In this document: positions 1 to 14,875 of the stretch, one piece after another | Numbering within the stretch: position 1 is the stretch's first letter | Layout: every line of letters starts with the position of its first letter | Source of the DNA: Macrostomum lignano | Lineage: Eukaryota | Length of the DNA: 64,000 bases | Assembly: GCA_002269645.1 (NCBI GenBank) | Contig: NIVC01000104.1 | Coordinates: forward strand, 1 to 64,000 | Direction of reading: 5' to 3' | Position numbers and translations under genes: made by a program | The notes under the pieces: generated by a model | The model's database searches: none | What the model saw: only the letters and a program-made list of their open reading frames with translations | What the model was told of the DNA's origin: nothing

Positions 1-484
1 ACTTGCCATCTTCCGCAGCTAGATCGGCTACTGTTTTGCACCTGTTGACTTCCGTATACACGCCTTTGATGGTTAGAAGCCGCTTGAGCTGCTCCAGTCG
101 GTTCGCCTTGTAAGCGTCCAACACGATGGGATCAAAATCGCTGGTTGTTGCCGCGGTCGATCGTTCGACGGAAACTCGGAAAGTTTCTTCCTACCGCTGC
201 GGATGACGGCGCGGCACCAGCCGGAAAAGGCGCTGCCGGGACTCGAGAAGTCGGCCTAGACGACGACAAAGGCGCCCCGGCGCCACCTCCAGCCGTCGAA
301 AAGTTTTCAAACCGTCGGATTCGCCATTGCAACGGCGCTGAACCGACCGGTAAAAATTTTGGCCTCCGTGGAGGACATTCAGTTGAGTTCGTCGACTCGG
401 TTGGTCAAAATCGTGGCGCTCTCGAGACACCTGGCGCGAGTACTGAAACCGTTGCTGCTCGCTGCTGATGTTGAACCCAGACAT
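1..484 (-). pseudogene. 5' exon of a second ankyrin-TRPM-like paralogue, interrupted by an in-frame TAG; the gene runs off the window's left edge
   Basis: The frame of ORF 191..484 (MSGFNISSEQQR...) continues past TAG at 191-193 into ...IVLDAYKANRLEQLKRLLTIKGVYTEVNRCKTVADLAAEDGK. This aligns with ...LIDESKFDRLIEHLKLRGTYSSIVGNRTVGDLAAEKGN of the gene at 3501-8107, at a similar distance from the ATG. Pseudogene status is uncertain; a small intron or a sequence error is also possible. Confidence 0.6.
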
Positions 485-1664
485 GCCGGATGTCAGTTAA
501 ATTAAACAATCAACTGTGTGTTAGTTGGCATATTGACTAACTGTTTTTAAACACTTGTTGTAGCTAACTGCCAGTGATCCAGTGACCATGCAGTGCTACA
601 GTAGCTGCTGATAAAGAACTGTTTTATGGCTCACTCAGAGTCAGTAGTGCATGCAGCAGACGTTCATTAACACGAACGAGTCGGTCGCAGCTCGCGACGC
701 GATAAGAAAGAATTACATGCGCTGCGCGCACAAGAGTTCACACGGCTTTGCTTCGTACAGAAAGCAGCTGGATCGTTAAATAAGGCTTTTTCGTGTATTT
801 CTGCAGAGGAAGGAGTGGCCGGGGCAGCCCAACCTCTCCGCCTTGCCCTCTCTCTCTGCAAGGCAGTCTTTACTGCTTACACCCAGTGAGTCAGTCGCCG
901 CCTCCAGCGCGTACACTCCCATGCACCTCTGTCCGCCTCTATCCCCCCCCCCTACCGCACAGGGCTAGAGAAAAACGCCAAGGGGACGAGAAACGGGACT
1001 ATTTAATTGGTGCCTCTAGGCCAGTCTAGGGTTTTATGGCATTGGGGTGACAGGCTGTGCAGCAGAATGTACTGCATTAGGGATTTTGTCAATTGTTTTA
1101 CCTGTTCCGTCGGATGATCAAGGGATTGCATTCAGCAGAGGTTGCTTTGGACTGAAGCTTTTCATCTTCCGGGCCACGTGCGGGGTTTCTTTAGTCAACT
1201 TCAGGTAAAAAAAGCATCAATTAGTCCAAGTCTAAGTCTGCTATCTATACAAAGATGAACCCGGTCAGTTGGCGAACCTCAGAACTTTACATATACTCAA
1301 TTCAGGTATTTCTCTACAGTCTAGAGTCTGAGTATGCTGATTAAAATTGTTTGCATTTTGCCGGAAAGAAATTACGCCAAATCTACCCAGTGTGCAGGCA
1401 TCGCCAAGTAGTTAAATTCAACAAGCGAGAGGAGTCGGACAATTTTTACCTTGAATAATATTGGTTAAAAGTAAACGCGTTCGCGATTAAATAGCGTCGG
1501 AAAATTAATTCATTCAGTTTGGCAAAATTAGAAATTGATCAATTTAACAAAGAAAACCGCTTTTTTAGTAAGCAAAAAGTGTAAAAAGTAATTTGTGTAG
1601 CCAAAAATTTCTAGTAAAAAATGAGCAGGTAAAACGGCAAACTGGATTACTTCTGAAACAGCTA

Positions 1665-3353
1665 CAAGCGTAGGAACGGGGGACAGTGGGGCTATGGCCC
1701 CCCACTTTTTAAAATGTTTAAACGTAAAATGTAGACTTTTTGTTTATTTTTGTTTTTTGCTGCTTTGCATGAATGCATTTTGCTGCAGGGCGACAAAACA
1801 TAGCACCTGCGGCGCTAAAATGAGTGCCTGCGGCGCTAAAATGAGTGCCTGCGGCGCTAAAATGAGTGTCTGTGGCGCTAAAATGAGTGCCTGCGGTGCT
1901 TAAATGAGTGCCTGTGACGCTAAAATGAGTGCCTGCGGCGCTAAAATGAGTGCCTGCGGCGCTAAAATGAGTGCCTGCGGCGCTAAAATGAGTGCCTGTG
2001 GTGCTAAAATGAGTGCCTGCGGCGCTAAAATGAGTGTCTGTGGTGCTAAAATGAGTGTCTGTGGCGCTAAAATGAGTGTCTGTGGCGCTAAAATGAGTGC
2101 CTGCGGCGCTAAAATGAGTGCCTGCGGTGCTTAAATGAGTGCCTGTGGCGCTAAAATGAGTGCCTGCGGCGCTAAAATGAGTGCCTGCGGCGCTAAAATG
2201 AGTGCCTGTGGTGCTAAAATGAGTGCCTGCGGCGCTAAAATGAGTGTCTGTGGCGCTAATATGAGTGTCTGTGGCGCTAAAATGAGTGCCTGCGGCGCTA
2301 AAATGAGTGCCTGCGGCGCTAAAATGAGTGCCTGCGGCGCTAAAATGAGTGCCTGCGGTGCTTAAATGAGTGCCTGCGGCGCTAAAATGAGTGTCTGTGG
2401 TGCTAAAATGAGTGTCTGTGGCGCTAAAATGAGTGTCTGTGGCGCTAAAATGAGTGCCTGCGGCGCTAAAATGAGTGCCTGCGGTGCTTAAATGAGTGCC
2501 TGTGGCGCTAAAATGAGTGCCTGCGGCGCTAAAATGAGTGCCTGTGGTGCTAAAATGAGTGCCTGCGGCGCTAAAATGAGTGTCTGTGGCGCTAATATGA
2601 GTGTCTGTGGCGCTAAAATGAGTGCCTGCGGCGCTAAAATGAGTGCCTGCGGCGCTAAAATGAGTGCCTGCGGCGCTAAAATGAGTGCCTGCGGCGCTAA
2701 AATGAGTGCCTGCGGCGCTAAAATGAGTGTCTGTGGTGCTAAAATGAGTGTCTGTGGCGCTAAAATGAGTGTCTGTGGCGCTAAAATGAGTGCCTGCGGC
2801 GCTAAAATGAGTGCCTGCGGTGCTTAAATGAGTGCCTGTGGCGCTAAAATGAGTGCCTGCGGCGCTAAAATGAGTGCCTGCGGCGCTAAAATGAGTGCCT
2901 GTGGTGCTAAAATGAGTGCCTGCGGCGCTAAAATGAGTGCCTGCGGCGCTAAAATGAGTGCCTGCGGCGCTAAAATGAGCACCTGCGGCGCTAAAATGAG
3001 TGCCCGCGGTGCTAAAATGAGTGCCTGCGGTGCTAAAATGAGTGTCTGTGGCGCTAAAATGAGTGTCTGTGGCGCTAAAATGAGTGTCTGTGGCGCTAAA
3101 ATGAGTGTCTGTGGCGCTAAAATGAGTGTCTGTGGCGCTAAAATGAGTGTCTGTGGCGCTAAAATGAGCACCTGCGGCGCTTTATAAAATGAGTGCTGAC
3201 AAGACGGATTCTGAAAATAATCGGTACATGATAATGTGCATTTTCCATATATAAAAAATCTAACTCGACAGGGGCGTGCGCCCTGTGCGCACCCCCCAAA
3301 TCCGCCACTGAACCTGCCCCCCCCCCACTTTTTGAAACGTTCCTACGCCTATG
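1665..3353. mobile_element. Non-autonomous DNA transposon (MITE-like) with a 10-bp TSD and an internal minisatellite
   Basis: Terminal inverted repeats CAAGCGTAGGAACG (1665-1678) and CGTTCCTACGCCTATG (3338-3353). GAAACAGCTA is duplicated directly at 1655-1664 and 3354-3363. No transposase ORF. Confidence 0.75.
1803..3196. repeat. 21-bp minisatellite (GGCGCTAAAATGAGTGCCTGC), about 65 copies
   Basis: Direct tandem periodicity; source of the MSACGAK ORFs. Confidence 0.97.
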
Positions 3354-3500
3354 GAAACAGCTAAAAAATGGGTTAAGGAAGTATCACGCTGCCAAGTGTT
3401 AAAATTTGAGAATTGGCACAGCAGAAAAATACAGACATTTTTGCAAACAAAAATTAATTGGCCACTAAAAAAACTCGAAGAGCAACAATAAGAAGGGTTG

Positions 3501-6500
3501 CTAGCGCCACATGGTCTGCAGTCGCAGAGCCTGTCTCCATCTGGTCTGGGCGAGACTGGGCCTTGGCAGCCTTGTCCTCGGCAAATTGCCTAACAGAGTG
3601 TTGGCTGTGATGGCTCTCGGCGGGTCGCTGTCGCTGTCGCTGTCACCTTCGCTGCCGCGGTCGCTACCCGCCGGTTGCTGCTTCAGCTTTGTCAACTCGG
3701 ACTCGACAATTTTTCTCATCTTCATCAGCATCTTCTCGGCTTCGGTCTCCTGTTTCGGCAGACTCTGCTGCATCAGCCTCAGCCGGTTATTGCGCAGGCT
3801 GAGCGCTTGGAACAGCAGAAACTGCAGCACGACGCGGCGGCTAAAAACGGTCTCGACTTCGTTGACACAGCTGCAGAGGACGCATCTGGAATGCTGAGTC
3901 AGTCTCCGGAGAAGCCTGAGCAGCTTGTAGAATAGATCGAACACGTTGAGTGGCGGCGGAAGACTCGAACGAGTCTGGAACTCCATAACGAGATCGTGGC
4001 GTTCGAACTGCCACAGATCGGTGCTGCGCGAGTCGATGGTCTCGATTGTCTTGCTGAACATGGCGATGATGAGATTCAGCAGCAAGATCTCCGTGACGAT
4101 CACGTAGAGAGGCAGGATCAGGTAGGGCACCAGGTACCTGTTAGCAGGATTTTAGAATATTGGGTAAATAATCCTTAAACTAAACTCTGAAAATTCTAAA
4201 TATCCAGTGCCACCAACTCACCGTCCGATTTTGTGCGGACAGTTGCCTTCATTTAGAGTATAATTTTGGTACACATTTTCGCACGAATCGTCCCCAATAA
4301 TGGTATCCAGACTGTACTCCCCAACCATGCTGTAGAAGCAGATCTTGAGCATGCCCAGCAGCACGTGAGTACTGCTGATACGAGCCGAGTTCCAGGCCTT
4401 GTACCCGTTGGGGTACAGCAAGCTGTGCATCAGCACCCCGAATCCCAGGATGAAGATGAACAGAATCAATAGAAATGGCAGCAGATCCTTGGTGATCATC
4501 TGGGCGATCATTCTTAGCTTGGGCCCGAGATTCTCCAGCACATTCGAAATGTACAGCAGCCGAATCCAGTAGAGGGTGCAGCAGATGCCTGCAAGAAACA
4601 ATTAGCAGTTTCCTTTATATACTACTTATAAATAGAACGTTTTTTATCAGTAGTGAAATCAATTCATCTTTGTGGAGGTAGACATTGGTAGATTGTGTTT
4701 AATGGTTTTTTGAGTTTAACAATGGTAGATTGTGTCTATGGTTCTGTAGTCAGACAATGGTAGATTAAGTCTATGCTTTTGGATATAGAAAATGGTAGAT
4801 TGTGTCTATAGTTTTGGAGGTAGACAATGGTAGATTGTGTCTATGATTTTGGAGGTAGACAATGGTAGATTGTGTCTATAGTTTTGGAGGTAGACAATGG
4901 TAGATTGTGTCTATAGTTTTGGAGGTAGACAATGGTAGATTGTGTCTATGGTTTTGGAGGTAGACAATGGTAGATTGTGTCTATAGTTTTGGAGGTAGAC
5001 AATGGTAGATTGTGTCTATAGTTAAGAGTCAAACAATGATTGATTTTCTTACTAAGAAAAATTCTGGCTGAATACCAAGCCGAGTCCTCGAAGTCTCGCA
5101 TCATGTCGGACCACTCGGAGTTGTGCTTGATCTCTACCAGGCGAATCACAAAACCCGTCGCACCTGACAGCAGGGCTGACAAATCAATCACGTTCCACTT
5201 ACTATTGAAGTAGCTTTGAATGTCATTATGGACGATGTACTGCACCATTTCGCCCATCTCTTCCAGAAACAAGCCGCCAAGAATTAGGTAGACAATAATT
5301 TCAATGTTAGAGATTTCATATTTGAAATCTACGAGCAGGAAGTAGGACATCAGTCCGAGCAGTACAATATGCGAAGCGACGTGGTACCGAAACTTCACAC
5401 CCGGCGTACGATAGAAATTGATTAAAAGTTTGCTGAAGTGGCAAAAATAGTTTGATTCCGAATAGTTTAGCGTGCTCTGAGACTGGCAGTCTTGCTCATC
5501 GTGCCCAAAGTCCACAAGAGGAACTTGGTTGTCATTTTCTGCACCTGATGGTCTCATCAGGCTCGACCGCCTCCTGTGCGGTAAATAATTGCCAAACTGC
5601 TTCAACTCAACGCTTGGCCTAATCAGATTCTCTCCGTCGGTGCTGTCGGCAGTTTTGTCCGGTTCGACCGATTCTAAGGGCAGCAAGTGGAACTTGGCCG
5701 ACTTCTGAGCTGACTGACGGTCGCTGATGTACGGCCGCTCTTCGTGCTTCTGTCTCGCTACGACCTCTTTGCTATCGAAGTAGGACAGCAGAATGGGCAC
5801 AAAGATGTTCATCGGAATGGCGCCCATCCAGATCACGACTTCTCGAGTGACCGGACTCAGGTAGAGCAAGGAATCGAACCACAACTTGTCCAGAGCGTGT
5901 TGGCACAGCTCGCTCTGTAGGAACACTGCGCAACCGTTGGAAGCCGCCAGCCGAACGCACGAGACGCCGCCATAAGATTCCATCGGCCGCAGTAAGTAAT
6001 CCAGACTGACAGTCCGGTTGTAGGAGGTGTCAATTGTGTACGCCTTCTCTACCACTTTGCGAGCAAATCTTTCGCAGGTCAGCGCCATGTCTTCGACGTC
6101 CTCCTCATCAACCACAATGTCCTGGTTAGCCGGGAAAGTTCGCAGCACGCCGGCGCAGAACAGCGATAGCGGTACAACATCGAATTTTTCCTGCTGCAAT
6201 AGCAGTTCAGTAAGGCACAATCGGCCGGACAGAATCGACCACACGGGCAGAGTTCGAAAAGGATTTCGCATGTACGGACTGTCCGGGTTTGTTTCTTCGC
6301 AGTCTCCCTTCAGCCTGTAGCAGGACAACAGGTCGCCATAATATTCGGCCAATTTTTTATGATCAACAGCCTCATTTTCAACAAAGTTCGTCCGAAAATG
6401 CTTAATAATACCGTTCACCTCTCTCTCGGGGGCTTGCAGATAGAGCGAGTCGAGGTTTTTCTCTATCAATACGGAAACTTCAGACCAGAGCACCCCGCAC

Positions 6501-8107
6501 GTCATGATCCGTTCTAGGAGCATAGCATCCTCTCTGAACAGTACGTAGTGCACGATGTTTTCAACAATTTTAATGAGCACATCATCGTTATCAGCCTCGT
6601 GAATGATGTCGTGAATGTCTTCAGTCTGCAGCAGCTGCAGGATGACCTCGGTGAACTCGATCAAGTCAATCCGATCGTCGTCTCGCAACTTTTCACACAG
6701 GAGTTGCCTCTCGTCCGCGCTAATCTCCTTCATGTTGATGATGCAGGCTCGAAACTCGTTGTCCACGTTTGCTAGAAAGTCCAAATACTGGCCAAACTGC
6801 TGATTGAACGACAACTCCTTAAAACACTGGGCTCTCACGCCTTTCATTTTGATCACAGTATAGTAGTAAATGAAGTCGTTGAGCATCATGTGGTTGTTGA
6901 GCTCCAGAATGATGTCGATAACCGTCTTACCATTGTCAGCTGGTATGTCGACCAAAGCACCCGTGCACTTGGCGGTGAGGAGCAGCCGTACAATCTCTCG
7001 GTTCTGGTTGAGCACAGCAATGTGCAGGGCGGTTTTGCCTTCAAATCCTTGCATATTCAGCACCGGTTCCGTGATGTGCGGCATCAGTATTTTCACAACA
7101 ACTAGCGAGTCTTCAAGGCACGCTCTGTGCAGAGGCGAGTTGCCCTGCGCGTCAACAACGTTTAGACTGGCTCTGCAATGATCTGGGAAATGGACAAGCG
7201 GTAAGTTGTAGAAATTTCCGATTATAATGCTGGGAAATAGCCACTGTACAGGTACAGAGTAAGAGTACTGATTCAAAATACTAGTATATTATGTTCTTTT
7301 AAACATATATACCGGTACAGTAGGTACAGTATGAGCGTAATAAATCAGAGTTCAAGTAAGTGTCGCTTCTGGAACGGAAACTTGAAAGATTACTAAACAA
7401 CACTTACCCAGCAGAGTGTTAAGCAGTTTTGTATCAGCGATTGAGCAGGCCTGGTGCAGCGGAGTGTCCGACTGTCCTCTGCCGGACAGTGACGGCAGTG
7501 GCAAATCCGCTGAGGCTCCCAGTTCTATTAGCTTTGTGAGCGCGTCAAGCTGGCGCTTCTTAACGGCGTAGTGGAACGGCACCAAGCCGTCTTTGTTCCT
7601 CCGATCAAAATCGTAGGCCAAGCTCTCGTGCAGCCTGTCCAGCAACAGACAGTTGCCTTTCTCGGCGGCCAAGTCGCCAACAGTGCGGTTTCCAACTATG
7701 CTGGAATAGGTGCCGCGCAGCTTGAGGTGCTCAATCAGCCGGTCAAACTTCGACTCGTCGATTAGTCGCTTGAGCAAACTATCAGTCACAGGCAGCGAAG
7801 TTCCCTGCTGACTGTCAATGCTTGGCCGAGCCTGAGGCGACATCGACGCCGGTGAGGTTGGCGACGATGGAGCGTCGGCCACTGCAGACTCTCGTGCCAA
7901 AGGTTGCTCCGCCCTCAACGTCGTGAGCTCTCGGAGCCGACTCTTCGAACTGGTACTGGATATCGCTGTCTCCAGCACCTGGTCATTCCGGCTGCCCACT
8001 TCTCTACTTCTAAACAGCTGCTGCGACTGCTCCTGACGGCGCGCCTGAACAACTTGACGACGATTTCTCTGGTCGTCGCTACGCACGTGAAAATCGATGG
8101 TTTGCAT
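3501..8107 (-). CDS. TRPM-like cation channel with N-terminal ankyrin repeats (1277 aa, 4 exons)
   Basis: Exons complement(3501..4137, 4222..4588, 5053..7182, 7408..8107), all GT-AG with consistent phases 1,1,2 (3834 nt). About 6 ankyrin repeats (GLVPFHYA, DTPLHQA, GNSPLHRA, GKTALHIA). MHR4-like helices (PVWSILSGR...GGVSCVRLA...LDKLW). S4-S5 LGPKLRMIAQM, S6 ILLLNLIIAMF, TRP box WQFERHDLVMEFQTRSSLPPPL with TRPM-type spacing, and a short coiled coil. Confidence 0.92.
4676..5021. repeat. 35-bp minisatellite in TRPM-like intron 2
   Basis: Tandem ATGGTAGATTGTGTCTATAGTTTTGGAGGTAGACA, about 9-10 copies. Confidence 0.93.
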
Positions 8108-9511
8108 AATATTGTTGCTTATTTCTGTGCTTGTAAAAATGGTTAAAACAGTCGGCTGCGTTTACAATTTCATCGCGCATTCGAAATGTCTTAAATAGGG
8201 TAGCGAGGCTAGCAAAACTGGAGAAAGAAAAAGCCATCATCACAGAGCGTTGGATGGTCATTGTACGAGCTACATTGCCCACTACTCTTACCTTAAACCC
8301 CTATTTATCTCTGCCCCTGTGCGAGTTTACCTGTGCCAGAGGTGCACACAGCAACTGTACACAAGACTACGCAGCCACAGCTACATGAAGCTAAACAGAC
8401 AGACAAAAAGCTTCATGTGGCGTCGAAGAGACTTCAATAACCGATGGTTGCTCGCATCTGCATATATTTCAGACCATAATTTTACAATCGCTACGAAGTT
8501 GCTCACTGCATGCAGCGTTGGCGATATGCTTTAAAATGGCTGCCTCCTACACTATGGTCTGTGACCATATGAAGACTTTTAATGGATTGTAAATCTTTAA
8601 AAATGCTTAGAGCGCAATAAAACTGAAAAAAGAAAACTTCGCGATGCGAGCTCTGTTTCAATTCAAACAAAAGATTTATGTCATAAAACTTCGTTCCACT
8701 TAATAGCGTTGATGTTGAGTGCGATGAGGGCTTAATAGCGCTCACTTGCTATTGTGGGTTGGTAACCAATAAAGAGACTTATTGTAATGTTCCAGCTTGC
8801 ATTTGCTATTCAAAAGTTTTTTGTCATCTATATGCCGAGCTAAATAGATTTTACTAAATTCATTACAACCCCTGCTCACCTAAATCATCCGAATAATCAG
8901 TTTAATAAAATAACACGTTTCGTTTCCGTTTTATCTGGACAGGAAAGTTGTTTATTATTTAATTAAAAGATTCATAATTTAAACGACAGAACATCGTTGT
9001 ATTTCAGAGCATTATATCGATTTTAGATTTGGGCAAGCGAAAAACAGTTTACGGTCAAGAGTAGCAGATGGAAAAAGTTTTCCTAGATATCACTTCAGTC
9101 TCTCTTTCGAAACTTAAGCTGGCATCCTCTGTGTGAAGTTTTTTAGATTGACAGCAGTTACTGCATACAAAATAAATATGACATTTTGACGGATAGAACT
9201 GACGCAGACAAACAGACAGAAAAGCAAGCAGATGTCACATCAAAAGAGTTCAAGTTTGACACAGTCTGCACCCTATGCGCCCAGGGGAATGCGTAGATAT
9301 CAGTTGCATATCGAATCAAAAGACCGATCAGGCGATTTTCATGCGCAAAAACTAAAAATGTAGCGTCTTCTCGCAGCGCTCAATCCCGAGATTTTGTTAC
9401 AACATTTAGTCTAGTTAACGCTGGTTTTGTTAGTAGCAGAAATATAGGCTGATTTTAAAAAGCAAAAGCATAAGCATAAAAAGCAAAAGGAAAAAAGATT
9501 AAAACTGTCGC

Positions 9512-9800
<289 letters not shown>

Positions 9801-11389
9801 AGGCAGAAAAATGAACAGCACAGACTGTCATCCGCAGGCAGCGCCAGCAGCCAGTAGCCGCATCTCCACCCGGCCCTGCTTGCTGCCCGAGTTGCCGCCA
9901 GTCACGGCGGTGCAGTCGACGCCGCCGCAAAATGAGCCGCCGCCACCGCCGGCGTGGCCTGGGGCCATCCCGGCACCGCCGCCGCTGAAGCCGCCTCCGG
10001 CGCCAGCAGCACCTCCACTATTGTCGGCGTTTCCGCCGCCTCCTCCGCCGCCGAATCCGCCGTCTCCGGAGCTGCCACTGCCGGCTTGACCTCCCACCCA
10101 GCTCTGGTCGATGCCGCCGCCTCTCTCGCCGTCGCCCAGCCCTCGTCTGGCGTTGACAGCCCGGCCAAGCCAGCCGGCGCCGCAGCCACCGTGCTGATTA
10201 TTGCTCGGGGTTGCACTGGGATCGTTAAGTCCCGGCTTACCGTTGGCTCCACCGACGCCATTGTAGAGTTGATTAACGCCGAGTGAGCCGCTGCCATTCC
10301 CTCCGGACGATCCAATATTTCCTGCGGGAAGTTGCCGATGGCGTTGCGCCAGAGAACCCAGGCCATCCTGCAACTATTTTTTACGTAAACCTAAAATCTC
10401 TTAAAAGGTACAAAAGGATCAAGCCGAGTCGCGCATCCAAAGCCTGAAGTAAAAATCGGGCAGCAAAAGTCCAGGCACCATCGGATCCCACGGAAGCGCC
10501 GCCACCGCCACCGGCCGCCAGGTACAGCTGCCCGTCGCTCGCTCCGTACACGAAGCTGCCGCCGCCGCCGCCGCAGCCAGCCGTTGAGGGGGCTGCCGGG
10601 CCGCCTGCCTGACTGACCACGATCGACAGCCGCGACCCGCCAGTCAGGTTGAAGCTGCCGGCCGCTGAGGCGCCTCTGCCGCCTGCTTTACCATAGACAG
10701 CGTTGTCACCTCCGGCCGCTCCGAAGGCCTCGATGCGGTAGCAGCCGGTGATGTTGATCGTCAGGTGCTGGACGGACCCGTTTCGACCCGTGCTCGAGTC
10801 TGTGAGAAGTAATTTTATGACTTTGCAGGTTGAGAGTCCCAGACTCGTCTTGCACCCAATGGCGGTCCACCGAAGGGCTTGCACTCAAACAAAAACCCTA
10901 TGAACCTGGCTTCCATCCAGAGTGAGTTAGATGCATTTTGTTCTGACTTTGAAGCAATTTTAGAATTTCAAAAACGTTTAAAATATACCGGTAACTTCAG
11001 TGCGCTTACTGGACAGAACGACAGTGAGGTTCTTCAGCCGCCTCTGCTGCACGGTCTGCTCAAAATCGGCCACCTTCCACACCTGCAGCTCGCCAGTCGA
11101 GCTGTTGCCGAACCGCCTGGCTACGTGAGTGCCCGGCGGTCCCAGCTGCTTCGAGGCGTCATTGATGAAGAGCAGCTCGCAGATGCCGGACTTGCCGGAG
11201 CTGGAGGCGACGGCGTCGCAGTTTCTGGCTGAGCACTGCAGCAGGCAGTCGGTAGCTGAGCGCATGCGGCTCAGGAGGACGACCTCGCTGCTGGAGGCGT
11301 CCGTCAGCTCGACTGGCTGCTCAGAGGCGGTGAAGCTGATGGAATCGAGCTGCACTGCCACCGCTGGGAGCAGCACTGAAATGGTGGCG

Positions 11390-13745
<2,356 letters not shown>

Positions 13746-13752
13746 TTAAGGC

Positions 13753-13921
<169 letters not shown>

Positions 13922-14472
13922 TAAATAGATCTTACCAAACAAGGGAAGTAGCTGGCACGCCAATGCGCTGTGCATGTTAGAAAATGTTTGAAGAAAGCCT
14001 GGGCAGTCGATGCAAATTTTAAGAGTAAGCCTAGAAATTTGCCAACTTAATGCAAATTTTATTTCTATTTATTCCCTTTAGTCGATAATTTCCATTTAGT
14101 TCCATCGTTTATTCAATGAGAGACTTTATGACAGACAGGGGTCAAGTTTTAATGAGCATTTTTTAATCTCATAATTGCAGCTCATGGCCTCCGCCTCCGT
14201 TAACCCACTAACCGCTTGTTAGAGCTGACAAAAATGCATTAGTTTGCCTGCAGCAACGAATGAAGTTTTGAGCGTTGCCGTTTAATGGGGGCCCGTGGAA
14301 TCCATCAGCAGCATTTCATCATTCTATTGGATCTGATATCAGCGATGCAGGATGAAATATTTGCAACATCATGAGCATTGCTAGCGAGCAAACGGAATCT
14401 ACGGTGGGACAATCTACCATTATCTAAGCCTAAAACTGTGACAACCTACCATTATCTAAGCCTAAAACTGTG

Positions 14473-14600
14473 GTAGGTAGGTAGGTAGGTAGATAGGTAG
14501 GTAGGTAGGTGGGTAGGTAGGTGGGTAGGTAGGTAGGTAGGTAGGTAGGTAGGTAGGTAGGTAGGTAGGTAGGTAGGTAGGTAGGTGGGTAGGTAGGTAG
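14473..14600. repeat. (GTAG)n microsatellite
   Basis: Direct periodicity next to the exon 1 donor of copy A; counterpart in copy B at 20011-20178. Confidence 0.95.
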
Positions 14601-14875
14601 AGAGCTCTTACCATAAAAAGTAAGCAGCAGCTATAGTAGCACTTTGGGAATTTTGAGAAGTATTTTGTTGCAGATATTGCACATAGGCTAAGCAAAGCGA
14701 AAACGCTGACCGCGTTTGAATAGAGTGTTAATAAAATATAGAGACCAATGGTCATGGAAACTTGCCAATAATTGTTTTTCAGCAAAGATATTTTTCTAGC
14801 ACTATCCCATCATTTTTATTTTGGTGGATTTATAGCTGTCATCCGCAAATTTTAATTAGCATTTTTCCATTTTTC

